This document shows positions 9,724 to 19,591 of a DNA stretch of 64,000 nt, piece by piece. The notes below the pieces were generated by a model that made no database searches, was not told the DNA's origin, and was given only the letters and a program-made list of their open reading frames with translations. Where the stretch lies: assembly GCA_963847745.1 (NCBI GenBank), contig CAWKAW010000007.1, forward strand, positions 46,506 through 110,505, in the 5' to 3' direction. Position 1 is the first letter of the stretch; every line of letters starts with the position of its first letter. The translations under genes and the position numbers were made by a program. Source of the stretch: an uncultured cyanobacterium (lineage in GTDB: Bacteria > Cyanobacteriota > Cyanobacteriia > PCC-6307 > Cyanobiaceae).

Positions 9724-10626
9724 TCAGCTGAGTTTGTTCTTCTCTTCGATCATGCGGTGGATGATCGGAGTGAGGATGATCTCCATCGCAAAGCCCATCT
9801 TGCCGCCGTTGACAACGATGCTGGTGGGGCTCGACATGAAGGAGTCGTGGATCATCCGCAGCAGGTAGGAGAAGTCGATCCCCCATTTCTCCCGGGCCCC
9901 CTTGCGGAAGTGGATGATCACGAAGCTCTCATCCGGCGTCGGGATGTCGCGGCAGATGAAGGGGTTGGAGGTGTCCACGGTGGGCACCCGCTGGAAGTTG
10001 ATGTCCGTGCGGCTGAACTGGGGGGTGATGTGGTTGATGTAGTCGGGCATGCGGCGCAGGATCGTGTCGACGATCGCTTCGGCCGAGTAGCCCCGCTCGG
10101 CGTTGTCGCGGGCGATCTTCTGGATCCACTCCAGGTTGGTGATCGGCACCACACCCACCAGCAGGTCGGCCAGGGACGCCACGTTGTAGCCATCACCCAC
10201 CACTCCGCCGTGGAGCCCTTCGTAGAAGAGAAGGTCGGTGGCCGGCTCGATCGGCTCCCAGGGGGTGAACTGACCCGGCTCCAGGCTCGTTCCCAGCCTG
10301 GCGTTGTGTTCAGCAGCCTCCTCCACGGAGTGGAGGTAGTAGCGCTTCTCACCGCCACCGGTCTCGCCGTAGACCCGGAAGAGCTCCTCAAGCTTGGGGA
10401 AGAGATTGGCCTCGGGGCCGAAATGGGAGAAGTTGTCGCCGCGGGCCTGGGCCTCGGCCATGGCCTGCTTCATCGGGCCCCTTTCGTAGCGGTGGTAGCT
10501 GTCGCCTTCCACCACCACCGGGTTGATTCCCTCCCGCTTGAAGATGTGCTCGAACGCGCGTTTCACGGTGCTGGTACCTGCACCGGAAGAACCGGTGACG
10601 GCCACGACCGGGTGACGTTTCGACAT
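9724..10626 (-). CDS. prk: Phosphoribulokinase (proteobacterial / alpha-cyanobacterial type)
   Basis: MSKRHPVVAVTGSSGAGTST Walker A, EGDSYH, LFYEGLHG, NLEWIQKI. Confidence 0.97.
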   Translation of the reverse strand: MSKRHPVVAVTGSSGAGTSTVKRAFEHIFKREGINPVVVEGDSYHRYERGPMKQAMAEAQARGDNFSHFGPEANLFPKLEELFRVYGETGGGEKRYYLHSVEEAAEHNARLGTSLEPGQFTPWEPIEPATDLLFYEGLHGGVVGDGYNVASLADLLVGVVPITNLEWIQKIARDNAERGYSAEAIVDTILRRMPDYINHITPQFSRTDINFQRVPTVDTSNPFICRDIPTPDESFVIIHFRKGAREKWGIDFSYLLRMIHDSFMSSPTSIVVNGGKMGFAMEIILTPIIHRMIEEKNKLS

Positions 10627-10684
10627 CGGCGCAGGGGGAAACGGGGGCGTTTGTGAGTTTCGCAGATCGCCGGACCGTCGCCCT

Positions 10685-11764
10685 TCAGGTTTCGAGGGCC
10701 TCCAGCAGCCGCTCGCCCATGGCCTGACAGCCAAGGAACCGGCAGCCCTCGGCCATCAGATCACCGGTGCGGAACCCCTGGGCCAGCACCCGGTCCACGG
10801 CGCCTTCCAGATCGGCCGCCGCCTCCTCCTGGCGCAGGCCGATCCGGAGCATCAGTGCCGCCGACAGCACCATCGCCAGGGGGTTGGCCACATCCTGACC
10901 GGCGATGTCCGGAGCCGAGCCATGGACGGGCTCGAACAGGCCCGGTCCCCCCGCGCCGAGGGAGGCCGAGGGCAGCATGCCGATGCTGCCGGTGAGCATG
11001 GCCGCCTCGTCGCTGAGGATGTCGCCGAAGAGATTGGAGGTGAGCAGCACATCGAACTGGCGCGGCGCCCGCACCAGCTGCATGGCCGCATTGTCCACAT
11101 ACATGTGGCTGAGCTCCACCTCGAGGAAGTCGGCATGGATGGCTTCCACCCGATCGCGCCAGAGCTGACTCACATCCAGCACGTTGGCCTTGTCCACCGA
11201 GCAGAGCCTGCCGCGGCGCAGGGCCGCCTGCTCGAATCCCACCCGGGCGATGCGATCGATCTCGAAATCGGAGTAGGCCATCGTGTTGAAGGCACGCACA
11301 TGGCCATCCGCCTCGGTGCGACCCTTCGGCATCCCGAAATACACCCCCCCGGTGAGTTCCCGCACGACGAGCAGATCGACCCCTTCGATCACCTCGGGGC
11401 GCAGGCTGCTGGCCTCCAGAAGGGCCGGCACGATCTTCACGGGCCGCAGGTTGGCGAAGAGCTCCAGACCCGAGCGGAGCCCCAGCAGGCCTGATTCCGG
11501 CCTCAGTTCCCGGGGAAAGCCGTCGTAGCGGGGGCTGCCGATGGCGGCCAGCAGCACCGCGTCGGCGGCGCGGCAGCTGCTCAGGGTGGTTTCCGGCAGG
11601 GGCTCCCCGGTGGCGGCGATGGCCGCACCTCCGATCGGCTGTTCGTCGCAGACGAGCTCGAAACCGCGGCGACGGGCCACCGCATCGAGCAGCTGGCGGG
11701 CGACCGCCATGATCTCCGGACCGATGCCGTCGCCGGGGAGCAGGGTGATCCGGTAGGTCGTCAT
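10685..11764 (-). CDS. leuB: 3-isopropylmalate dehydrogenase
   Basis: [50 protein letters not shown]. Confidence 0.98.
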   Translation of the reverse strand: MTTYRITLLPGDGIGPEIMAVARQLLDAVARRRGFELVCDEQPIGGAAIAATGEPLPETTLSSCRAADAVLLAAIGSPRYDGFPRELRPESGLLGLRSGLELFANLRPVKIVPALLEASSLRPEVIEGVDLLVVRELTGGVYFGMPKGRTEADGHVRAFNTMAYSDFEIDRIARVGFEQAALRRGRLCSVDKANVLDVSQLWRDRVEAIHADFLEVELSHMYVDNAAMQLVRAPRQFDVLLTSNLFGDILSDEAAMLTGSIGMLPSASLGAGGPGLFEPVHGSAPDIAGQDVANPLAMVLSAALMLRIGLRQEEAAADLEGAVDRVLAQGFRTGDLMAEGCRFLGCQAMGERLLEALET

Positions 11765-11820
11765 CGGGAGGATCGCAGGACCTGCGGCGCCGGCCTTCCA
11801 GCCCCGCGCAAGGGGAGAGG

Positions 11821-12888
11821 CTACCCGCCCTGCTGCCGCTCCCCGGCCTCGTTGCGCAACTGACGCAGGCTGCGGGCCATCTCCGGCAGCTTGTTGAAGG
11901 CGGCGGAGCAGCGCAGCCAGAGGCGGTTGGGGATCGCCGGATAGCCGCTCACCACCTCACCGGCGGCGACGGCTCCATGGATCCCGGACTTGGAGGAGGC
12001 GATCGCCCGATCGCCGATGGTGGCCTTGTTGGCCACCCCCACCTGCCCCGCGAGGATCACCCCCTCCCCCAGCACCGCCCCGCCGGCAATCCCCACCTGG
12101 GCCGCCAGGGCGCAGTGGGGACCGGTGACCACGCCGTGCCCGACGTGGACGAGGTTGTCGATCTTGGTGCCGGCACCGATGCGGGTGTCGCCCACCGCAG
12201 GGCGGTCGATCATGCTGCCGCAGCCCACCTCCACCCCGTCCTCGAGCACCACCCCGCCGGTCTGGGGCATCTTTCGCCAGCCGCTGGCGGTGGGCACGAA
12301 GCCGAAGCCCTCCGCCCCGATCACCGCATTGGAGTGGACCACACAGCCCCTGCCCAGCCGCGTGCCGGGATGCAGCACGGCCCCGGCGTGGATTTCGCAG
12401 TTCTCGCCGAGATGCACATCTTCGTAGAGCACCACACCGGGATGGAGGATGGAGCCGTCACCGACGGAGCTGCCCTCCCCGATCACCACGTGGGCACCCA
12501 GGTGAACGCCACTGCCCACCCGGGAGGAAGGATCCACCACCGCCGTGGGGTGGCTGCCCGCAACCGGGAGGCGTCGGGGGTGAAGGAGATCGAGGGCCTC
12601 GGCGAAGGCCAGGCGGGGATCCTGGAGCGCCACCCAGGCCATCCCCTGCTGGCTCGCCCGGCGCTGCAGCTCCTCGGCCTCCTCTCCCCGGGCTGGGATC
12701 AGCACAGCGGCGGCCCGGCTGCCGGAAAGGGCTGCCGCCATGGCATTTCCCGCCTCCAGGAAGCTCACCTGATCGGAACCGGCCCGATCAAGGGCCTGGG
12801 CGCCGTTGATTTCGGGATCGCCGGCCAGGTGGCGGAGACTGGCATCGCTCACCTCGCTGAGCTGATGGAGCAGGTGGCTGAAACGCAT
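11821..12888 (-). CDS. lpxD: UDP-3-O-(3-hydroxymyristoyl)glucosamine N-acyltransferase
   Basis: LpxD N-terminal domain, hexapeptide repeats, [27 protein letters not shown]. Confidence 0.97.
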   Translation of the reverse strand: MRFSHLLHQLSEVSDASLRHLAGDPEINGAQALDRAGSDQVSFLEAGNAMAAALSGSRAAAVLIPARGEEAEELQRRASQQGMAWVALQDPRLAFAEALDLLHPRRLPVAGSHPTAVVDPSSRVGSGVHLGAHVVIGEGSSVGDGSILHPGVVLYEDVHLGENCEIHAGAVLHPGTRLGRGCVVHSNAVIGAEGFGFVPTASGWRKMPQTGGVVLEDGVEVGCGSMIDRPAVGDTRIGAGTKIDNLVHVGHGVVTGPHCALAAQVGIAGGAVLGEGVILAGQVGVANKATIGDRAIASSKSGIHGAVAAGEVVSGYPAIPNRLWLRCSAAFNKLPEMARSLRQLRNEAGERQQGG

Positions 12889-12928
12889 TGCCCGGTGGCC
12901 GGCGGAGGCCGGATCGTAGGGCCGGGCT

Positions 12929-14071
12929 TCAGTCGCGGGGCGGCTCCGGCACGGCGGTGAGAACCAGCTGGTCGCGGTGCACGACCGCGTCTCCGACCGG
13001 TCCCAGGCGACGACGCACCTCCTCACTGCTGAGGCCCTTGATCCTGCGCAGCTCTTCGCTGCTGAGGGTGGTCAGACCACGACCCAGTTCGATGCCGGCG
13101 GCCGAAAGGATCTGAATCGGTTCCTGACGGCCGAACTCCCCTTCCACCGCCTGGATCCCCACGGCCAGCAACGAGGCTCCCTGACGCAGGAGCGCCCGCT
13201 CGGCCCCGGCATCCACCCGCACGCTGCCCCTGGGCAGAAGGGCATGGGCCAGCCAGCCCTTGCGGTCCGGCAGGGGGGAATCACTGGGCTGGAACACGGT
13301 GCCCACCCGATCGCCGGCGAAGAGGGCTTCCAGCACCGCCGGATCCCGGCCATCAGCCAGGTGCACCCGGATGCCGCTGGAGGTGGCGATCCGGGCAGCG
13401 GCCAGCTTGGTGGTCATTCCACCGGTTCCCCAGCGACCACCGCCCCCGGCCACGCTGCTGAGCCGCTCCAGCTCCACCAGATCCCTCACCTCCTCGATGG
13501 GCCGGGCGTCATCATCGAGCCGGGGATCGCCGGAGTAGAGACGATCCACATCGGTGAGCAGCACCAGTTCATCGGCACCGATGGCGACCGCCACCAGGGC
13601 CGAGAGGGTGTCGTTGTCGCCGAACCGCAGTTCATCGGTGGCGAGGGTGTCGTTCTCGTTCACGATCGGCACCACCCCCCAGGAGAGCAACTGCTCGAAC
13701 GTGCGACAGGCGCGTCGGTAGCGTCGCCGCGAAGCCAGATCGCCCCGGGTGAGGAGCACCTGGGCAACGGCCAGGCCCCGCACCGCAAACGCATCCTGGT
13801 AGAGGGCCATCAACCTGCCCTGCCCCACCGCCGCTGCGGCCTGCAGGGCCGCCACCTCAGTGGGCCGCCTTCCCATCCGCAGGGCTTCGCAGCCCAGGCC
13901 CACGGCCCCGCTGGTGACCAGGGCAATGGCATCGCCGTGCCGCTGCCGGCGGCCGAGAATCGCGGCCAGATCGGCGATCACGGCCGCAGTGGAGCGATCC
14001 TCCCCTCCCCTCAGCAGGCTGGTGCCCACCTTCACCACCCGTCGCCTGCCCCCGGGCGCCGACGGTCTCAT
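12929..14071 (-). CDS. proB: Glutamate 5-kinase with PUA domain
   Basis: [52 protein letters not shown] 14071 overlaps the upstream stop (ATGA). Confidence 0.97.
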   Translation of the reverse strand: MRPSAPGGRRRVVKVGTSLLRGGEDRSTAAVIADLAAILGRRQRHGDAIALVTSGAVGLGCEALRMGRRPTEVAALQAAAAVGQGRLMALYQDAFAVRGLAVAQVLLTRGDLASRRRYRRACRTFEQLLSWGVVPIVNENDTLATDELRFGDNDTLSALVAVAIGADELVLLTDVDRLYSGDPRLDDDARPIEEVRDLVELERLSSVAGGGGRWGTGGMTTKLAAARIATSSGIRVHLADGRDPAVLEALFAGDRVGTVFQPSDSPLPDRKGWLAHALLPRGSVRVDAGAERALLRQGASLLAVGIQAVEGEFGRQEPIQILSAAGIELGRGLTTLSSEELRRIKGLSSEEVRRRLGPVGDAVVHRDQLVLTAVPEPPRD

Positions 14072-14589
14072 CCCTCGAGGGTGGAGCCCACCCACCGGGC
14101 CATGCGGATCTCCAGGTTCTGCAGCCGGTCGTGCCGGCAGGGCATGCCATCGGGATCGATCGGCTTGACGAGCACGGTGAACAGGCCGAGACGGTTGCCG
14201 GCCAGCACGTCGGTGAAGACCCGGTCCCCCACCAGGGCCACCTGGGGAGGGGGCAGGGCCAGGTCGGTGAGCACCCGGCGCAGGGCGGCCCGACGGGGCT
14301 TGCCGGCAGCTGTGGTGTAGGGGATGGCAAGCCGATCCGCCACCGCCCCGATCCGGCGGCGGGAGGGATTGTTGCTGAGGAGATGGATCGGCAGCCGTTC
14401 CCGCGCCTGCCGCAGCCAGAGTTCCATGCTGGGAGGCAGCACCGACTGGCGGCGGGGAAGGAGGGTGCGATCCACGTCGAGGATCAGGGCACGGATCGGA
14501 TGGCCGGGCCACTCGAGCAGCCGGGGCAGGGGCAGATGGGCCAGGGTCGTGCCCAGCACCCAGTCGGGAGTGAGCAACTGGCGGAGCAT
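14068..14589 (-). CDS. YqeG family HAD IIIA phosphatase
   Basis: LILDVDRTL, LSNN, AGKP, VGDRVFTDVLAGNRLG. Confidence 0.93.
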   Translation of the reverse strand: MLRQLLTPDWVLGTTLAHLPLPRLLEWPGHPIRALILDVDRTLLPRRQSVLPPSMELWLRQARERLPIHLLSNNPSRRRIGAVADRLAIPYTTAAGKPRRAALRRVLTDLALPPPQVALVGDRVFTDVLAGNRLGLFTVLVKPIDPDGMPCRHDRLQNLEIRMARWVGSTLEG

Positions 14590-15140
14590 CAGCCGTCGAG
14601 CTCCCTCTCCTCGAGTTCGGCTTCGATGCGGGGCTGCACCCGGTCGAATTCCTCTCCCTCCACCAGCACGGCCTCGCCGCCCTCCATGCGAGCCACCACG
14701 AAGAAGGGATCCAGGGGGATGTAGAGGCCGTATTCCTCCTCGTTCACCATGAAACTCACCAGCAGCTCATAAGTTTCGCTGTCAGCATCGCCATCCTCGT
14801 CGGCCTCGAGATCCTCGGCTTCCGGCTCCTCGAGTTCTCCACTCACCGTGAGGGTCACCGCCGAGCGCACAAGGGTGAGATCGTGCTCCTGCAGCACGAC
14901 ATCCGCCACGGAAAGCACCGGCTCTGTGGCGTTGAGGGTTTCGATCAGTTCCGGATCGTCCTCTTCCCCCAGGCGGAACAGACAGACCGGGGTGTCGACG
15001 GGGGTCAGCAGTCCGTAATCCTCACCGTCGAGGGGGATGAGCTGCTCGAGGAAGCAGAGCAGCTGGCGGCCGTTGCCATCGCGCACCAGGACGGTGGGAA
15101 CGTCTCCGGAACCCGTCATCGAAGGGGTTTCGGGGGGCAT
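14589..15140 (-). CDS. DUF3727 domain protein
   Basis: LLCFLEQLIPLDGEDYGLLTPVDTPV...LTLVRSAVTLTVSGEL...YGLYIPLDPFFVVAR; acidic cyanobacterial family. Confidence 0.88.
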   Translation of the reverse strand: MPPETPSMTGSGDVPTVLVRDGNGRQLLCFLEQLIPLDGEDYGLLTPVDTPVCLFRLGEEDDPELIETLNATEPVLSVADVVLQEHDLTLVRSAVTLTVSGELEEPEAEDLEADEDGDADSETYELLVSFMVNEEEYGLYIPLDPFFVVARMEGGEAVLVEGEEFDRVQPRIEAELEERELDG

Positions 15141-15159
15141 GGCAGGGCTGCGGGTGATG

Positions 15160-15654
15160 TCAGGATGCAGCAGCGGCTGCCCTGTTGCCGGAGACGATGG
15201 TCGCCGGCAGGACCGGATCGGGTTCGGGTCCTTCCCGCAGCCATTGCTCGAGCAGCAGGGAAGCGGCGGCACTGTCGAGCCGGCCGCTGCGATCTCCCTG
15301 CAGGCAGAAACGCTCGGCCGCCGCCCAGGTGCTGGCGTGCTCGTTCACCCAGGCCACCGGGAGGGGAACCCCGGCCGCTTCCAGGCCGCGAACCAGGCGA
15401 AGCGCGAACCGACGGCAGTGCTCCACCTGAAGGGTGGGGTGCTGGTGGGCATCGAGCGGTACACCCACCACCAGGGCCCGCACCTGGCGGCGACGCACGA
15501 TCTCCTCGAGAACCTCCAGTTCCCGGGGGAAGGGGCCCCGCTGGAGGGCAGGAAGGGGGGTGACCGTGATCCCGAGGGGGTCGCAACCTGCCAGGCCCAC
15601 GCGCCTTCGACCCACATCGAGCGCAAGGACCGAGCGGGGGCGGGGGGCCGGCAT
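15160..15654 (-). CDS. ruvX: Holliday junction resolvase-like / pre-16S rRNA nuclease YqgF
   Basis: VLALDVGRRRVGLAGCD, LVVGVP, WVNEHASTWAA, LDSAAASLLLEQWL. Confidence 0.93.
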   Translation of the reverse strand: MPAPRPRSVLALDVGRRRVGLAGCDPLGITVTPLPALQRGPFPRELEVLEEIVRRRQVRALVVGVPLDAHQHPTLQVEHCRRFALRLVRGLEAAGVPLPVAWVNEHASTWAAAERFCLQGDRSGRLDSAAASLLLEQWLREGPEPDPVLPATIVSGNRAAAAAS

Positions 15655-16794
15655 TCAGCGCTGGCCCGCGGGGGTGGGCACGGGTCTGCGACGGGGCTGG
15701 AACTGCTCCAGCACCGCCCCCAGGCGGCGGGCGGCGCTGCGGGCGGGTTGGCCTTCCTGACGACGCCAGACGCTGCGGGCCATCAGAACCTGCTCTCCAT
15801 GGAGCTCGGCGCCGAGGGCGGAGAGCCACTGCTGGCGCGCGGAATCCCCCACTTCGCTGCGCAGCCAGAGCACTCCGCCGGGGGCGGAGAAGCGTCGCAG
15901 CAGCAACTCGGTGGGGGTTCCCAGCAATCGCTCCCAGCCGGGATGAACGGTCAGCTCCACGAGCTGTCCGCCAGCGGGATGATCCCCCTGCCAGCGGATC
16001 CCGGCCACGGCCTCGTTGCGGATGGCATCGATCAGCATCCAGCCCCTGCGGTGGCTCTGATCGAGCAGATCCTCCACGCGTCGATCCAGCAACTGGCGCA
16101 GCTGGGCGGGACAGGCTGCCTGTTCAAGATGCCAGAGCAGGGCGGCGTTGCGGCGATTCAGGGGCCTGAGCTGGAGATCGGGCGGCAGGGAGAGGGGCTG
16201 GGCCGATGGGGCTTGCCAGCGCCAGACCTGGTCGGTGCGCTGGGGCTGAAAGCCCGATTCCCGCAGGGTCGCCAGACGGGCCGAATCGAGACTGGAAACG
16301 GTGGCGATCCAGCTGGCGGCGCCGCGACCGCGGTGGATGGCCTCCCGCAACAGACCGGCAGAGATCGCCTGTCGCCCGGGGGCGCTGGGATCCTCCGCCA
16401 CCCCCAGGGCCAGCCGCAGGTGCTCCACCTGCCGGCAGGAGCCCGTGCGGTTGAGGCGCCGGGTCACGATCAGCCCCAGCGCCGTGGGGCGAGCGGAGGA
16501 ATCCCGCCGCAGTGCCACCAGCACCTCGGCTGCCAGGGGCTGGCGGGCCACGATGGTGGAAACCAGTCGCTCGGGCCAGGCCAGCAGCAGCGACTTCTGC
16601 AGCAGCGTCTGCAGGGGGAGGAAGGCAGGGTCGTCGAGGATGGGGAGATGCCAGCCCTGGAGGGACTCCACCGTCCAGGGGACCAGGGAGGTGGCCCTGG
16701 GGGGATCCTTCGCGGCTGACTGTGTCCCGGCGGGGAGTGGCACGGCTGGGAACAGGCGGAAGGGCGAGGGAACGACAGATACGACCCGTAACAT
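15655..16794 (-). CDS. Conserved cyanobacterial protein with GNAT-like fold
   Basis: Host codon usage and co-transcribed with ruvX. The LRESGFQPQRTDQVW segment resembles the GNAT motif. Start uncertain. Confidence 0.65.
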   Translation of the reverse strand: MLRVVSVVPSPFRLFPAVPLPAGTQSAAKDPPRATSLVPWTVESLQGWHLPILDDPAFLPLQTLLQKSLLLAWPERLVSTIVARQPLAAEVLVALRRDSSARPTALGLIVTRRLNRTGSCRQVEHLRLALGVAEDPSAPGRQAISAGLLREAIHRGRGAASWIATVSSLDSARLATLRESGFQPQRTDQVWRWQAPSAQPLSLPPDLQLRPLNRRNAALLWHLEQAACPAQLRQLLDRRVEDLLDQSHRRGWMLIDAIRNEAVAGIRWQGDHPAGGQLVELTVHPGWERLLGTPTELLLRRFSAPGGVLWLRSEVGDSARQQWLSALGAELHGEQVLMARSVWRRQEGQPARSAARRLGAVLEQFQPRRRPVPTPAGQR

Positions 16795-16840
16795 CTTAAT
16801 CCGCCCGGTGGTGCGCCACGGCAACCGCTCAGGCGGGTCC

Positions 16841-18019
16841 TCAGGCGGGTCGTACAAGCACCAGCGGCGTGCGTTCGTTGGCATTGCCGGCTGGGTTGGG
16901 TTTCAGGGCCCTCTGCAGCAGATCCTCCGAGCAGCCCCGGCTGGCGGCGAGCACTTTGACCCGGCCCAGGTCGTTCACGTCGACCACGGCCACCCCCACG
17001 CCGAGAGCATGGGCCATGCGGTTGCAGAAGGCTGCCGGGGCTTCGGGACCCAGCACCAGGGTCTGGTCATAGGGAGGCGTGGTGCCGGTGATGTCATCGA
17101 TCAGACGGGCCTGCTCCCCTGCCAGACGGTAGAAGCCGCCCCTGCTGCCCACCAGCTTGAGGGCCGTCCCGGCCAGCCAGGCGCAGAGCACCCGGGCGGG
17201 TCCCACGATGTCGATCAGGCTCTGCAGACCGCAGGCGGTGGCGAGGCTGCTGGTGGGATGGAAGACCCGGCAGAGAAGCCGCGCCAGCATCGATGGCTCC
17301 ACCGTTTCCGGGTGGTGGTAGCGGCCCTGCATCACCGCCAGGGGTGTCTCACCGATGGTGATCACATCCCCCGGCTGGAGAAGGTCGCCGGTGTAGTGAT
17401 CGAGCACCTCCTGGGGCTCATCGAGCACCCCGAGCAGATGGGTGCGCACCGGCAGCACCCGGCATCCCTCTCCATCGCGCCATGGGGCGGCAGCCGGATC
17501 GACGGGATCCGGTCTCTGCAGCGGCACCAGCAGTCCCTGACGCCTGGTGAGCCGACCGAAGGGGCCGTAGTTGACCCAGAACACATCGATCCAGAGGGTG
17601 TCGAGAAGGCTCTCGAGATCCACGCCCGAGGGACCGAGCAGGTTCATGCGGATGCGGGCACCGGTGCTCTTGCCCCCCTTGACGATGTAGGCGGCCCAGT
17701 AGCCGTCGGGGCGGGCCTCCTCGTCCGGATGGAGGGGAGTGATGCGCGTCTCGGAACGGATCTCGGTCACATCGCTGCGGCCCAGCAGGGTGGGAACGAC
17801 ACGGATCTCCGGCACCATCACCTCCATCCGGGGGTGGGGGTTGCGGATGGTGATCGTGCCGGTCACCTCCAGACCCTGGGCCTTGCGCTTCACCTGGAAC
17901 GGCCCGGGAAGCAGCTGCAGGGGGGAGGCGGGCCGGAGGCGATGGCGCAGTTCCAGCCAGAGCAGGCTGAGGCCGAACAGGAGCAGAACGACCAGCAGGA
18001 GGGAGACGGGAAGGGGCAA
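16841..18019 (-). CDS. F420-0:gamma-glutamyl ligase (CofE)-like protein with N-terminal membrane anchor
   Basis: PVRTHLLG, GDVITIGETPLAVMQG, IDDITGTTPPYD, VVDVNDLG, NPAGNANERTPLV. Confidence 0.85.
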   Translation of the reverse strand: MPLPVSLLLVVLLLFGLSLLWLELRHRLRPASPLQLLPGPFQVKRKAQGLEVTGTITIRNPHPRMEVMVPEIRVVPTLLGRSDVTEIRSETRITPLHPDEEARPDGYWAAYIVKGGKSTGARIRMNLLGPSGVDLESLLDTLWIDVFWVNYGPFGRLTRRQGLLVPLQRPDPVDPAAAPWRDGEGCRVLPVRTHLLGVLDEPQEVLDHYTGDLLQPGDVITIGETPLAVMQGRYHHPETVEPSMLARLLCRVFHPTSSLATACGLQSLIDIVGPARVLCAWLAGTALKLVGSRGGFYRLAGEQARLIDDITGTTPPYDQTLVLGPEAPAAFCNRMAHALGVGVAVVDVNDLGRVKVLAASRGCSEDLLQRALKPNPAGNANERTPLVLVRPA

Positions 18020-18096
18020 GCCGGAAACCCAACGGGACGCGAACGGGCGGAGCGTAGGGGCTCCGGTGGCCCTAGGTTCCCCCTCACGGCACCGGC

Positions 18097-19491
18097 ATGG
18101 CCACTGGCATGCGCAAGATCTTCGTTCTCGATACCAACGTTCTGCTGCACGATCCCCAGGCCCTGACCCGGTTCGAGGACAACGGCGTGGTGGTTCCGAT
18201 CGAGGTGGTGGAGGAGATCGACCGCTTCAAACGCGATCCCTCCGAGAAGGGGCGCAACGCCAGACAGGTCTCCCGTCTGCTGGATCAGATGCGCTCCAGG
18301 GGAAACCTTTCCGAGGGCGTGAGCATCGAGGGCACCAGCGGCGGCACCCTGAAGGTGGTGTTCTGCCGCAGCGAAACCCTCAGCCAGCTCCCCCCCGAGC
18401 TGAAGGCGGGGAACGGGGACAACAACATCCTCGCCGTTGCCCTGGAGCAGCGGTTGCAGGAGGTGATGGGGGCCCACACGCCGGTGGTGCTGGTCACCAA
18501 GGACACCAACCTGCGCATCAAGGCCGATGCGGTGGGACTGATCGCCCAGGACTACACCACCGACAAGGTGGACATCGGCGACCTGTATTCCGGCTTCTGC
18601 GAACTGCCCGCGAGCGCCGCGCAGATGGAGCAGGCCAAGGCGGACGGGGGACTGCCGCTCCAGGACCTGCCGGCCCTGGTGGGCACCGGGGAGCTGTTCG
18701 ACAACGAGGGGGTGACCCTGGTGGATGAGGTGCGGACCAACCACACCCTCCTCTGCCGGTTCCACGCCTCCAGCGCCTCCCTCCATCCCCTGCAGAAGGC
18801 CCCCAGGGTGCGCCTCGGACGCATCCAGGCCCGCAACCGGGAGCAGACCTTCAGCCTCGATCTGCTGCTGGATCCGGCGGTGCAGCTGGTCACCCTGGTG
18901 GGCAAGGCCGGTACCGGCAAGACGCTGCTGGCGCTGGCGGCCGGACTGCATCAGGTGGCTGACGAGCATCTCTACGACCGGATGCTGGTGACGCGACCGG
19001 TGATCCCCCTGGGCAAGGAACTGGGTTTCCTGCCCGGCGATATCGAGGAGAAGATGGGCCCCTGGATGCAGCCGATCATCGACAACCTCGATTTCCTGCT
19101 CGGAAGTGCAGACGACATCCACTCCGGCCGCGGGGGTCATCAGCGGGGTCCGCGCAACAGCTGGGCCGACCTCAAGGGAATGGGTCTGCTGGAGGTGGAG
19201 GCGATCAGCTATATCCGGGGTCGTTCGATCCCACGCCAGTACATGGTGGTGGATGAGGCCCAGAACCTCACCCCCCATGAGGTGAAGACGATCGTGACCC
19301 GGGTGGGGGAAGGCACCAAGATCGTGCTCACCGGTGATCCCTATCAGATCGACAATCCCTACGTGGATGCCGAGAGCAACGGTCTCACCTGGCTGGTGGA
19401 GCGCTTCAAGGGCCAGAGCCTGGCGGGCCATGTCACCTTGCTGCGGGGGGAGCGGTCCGAGCTGGCCGAACTGGCGGCCAACATTCTCTAG
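18097..19491 (+). CDS. phoH: PhoH family ATPase with N-terminal PIN domain
   Basis: FVLDTNVLLHD (PIN), GKAGTGKT Walker A, SYIRGRSI, VVDEAQNLT, GDPYQID. Confidence 0.93.
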   Translation: MATGMRKIFVLDTNVLLHDPQALTRFEDNGVVVPIEVVEEIDRFKRDPSEKGRNARQVSRLLDQMRSRGNLSEGVSIEGTSGGTLKVVFCRSETLSQLPPELKAGNGDNNILAVALEQRLQEVMGAHTPVVLVTKDTNLRIKADAVGLIAQDYTTDKVDIGDLYSGFCELPASAAQMEQAKADGGLPLQDLPALVGTGELFDNEGVTLVDEVRTNHTLLCRFHASSASLHPLQKAPRVRLGRIQARNREQTFSLDLLLDPAVQLVTLVGKAGTGKTLLALAAGLHQVADEHLYDRMLVTRPVIPLGKELGFLPGDIEEKMGPWMQPIIDNLDFLLGSADDIHSGRGGHQRGPRNSWADLKGMGLLEVEAISYIRGRSIPRQYMVVDEAQNLTPHEVKTIVTRVGEGTKIVLTGDPYQIDNPYVDAESNGLTWLVERFKGQSLAGHVTLLRGERSELAELAANIL

Positions 19492-19591
19492 TTCCGGATC
19501 GCGGATTTCCCATCCCCCTCCCCTGCGATCCCCCTCCTCCCGGCCTGCCCCATGGCAAGCTTTGGCGGCCTGCATCGCAGAAGGAAGCGTC

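Noticed and set aside
4633-14589. fba, accD, pilD, prk, leuB, lpxD and proB together as a novel metabolic cluster
   Set aside because: This is ordinary picocyanobacterial backbone gene order.
19334-19591. N-terminal extension of the Cache ORF overlapping phoH
   Set aside because: Read-through artefact; a signal peptide begins at 19592-19604.
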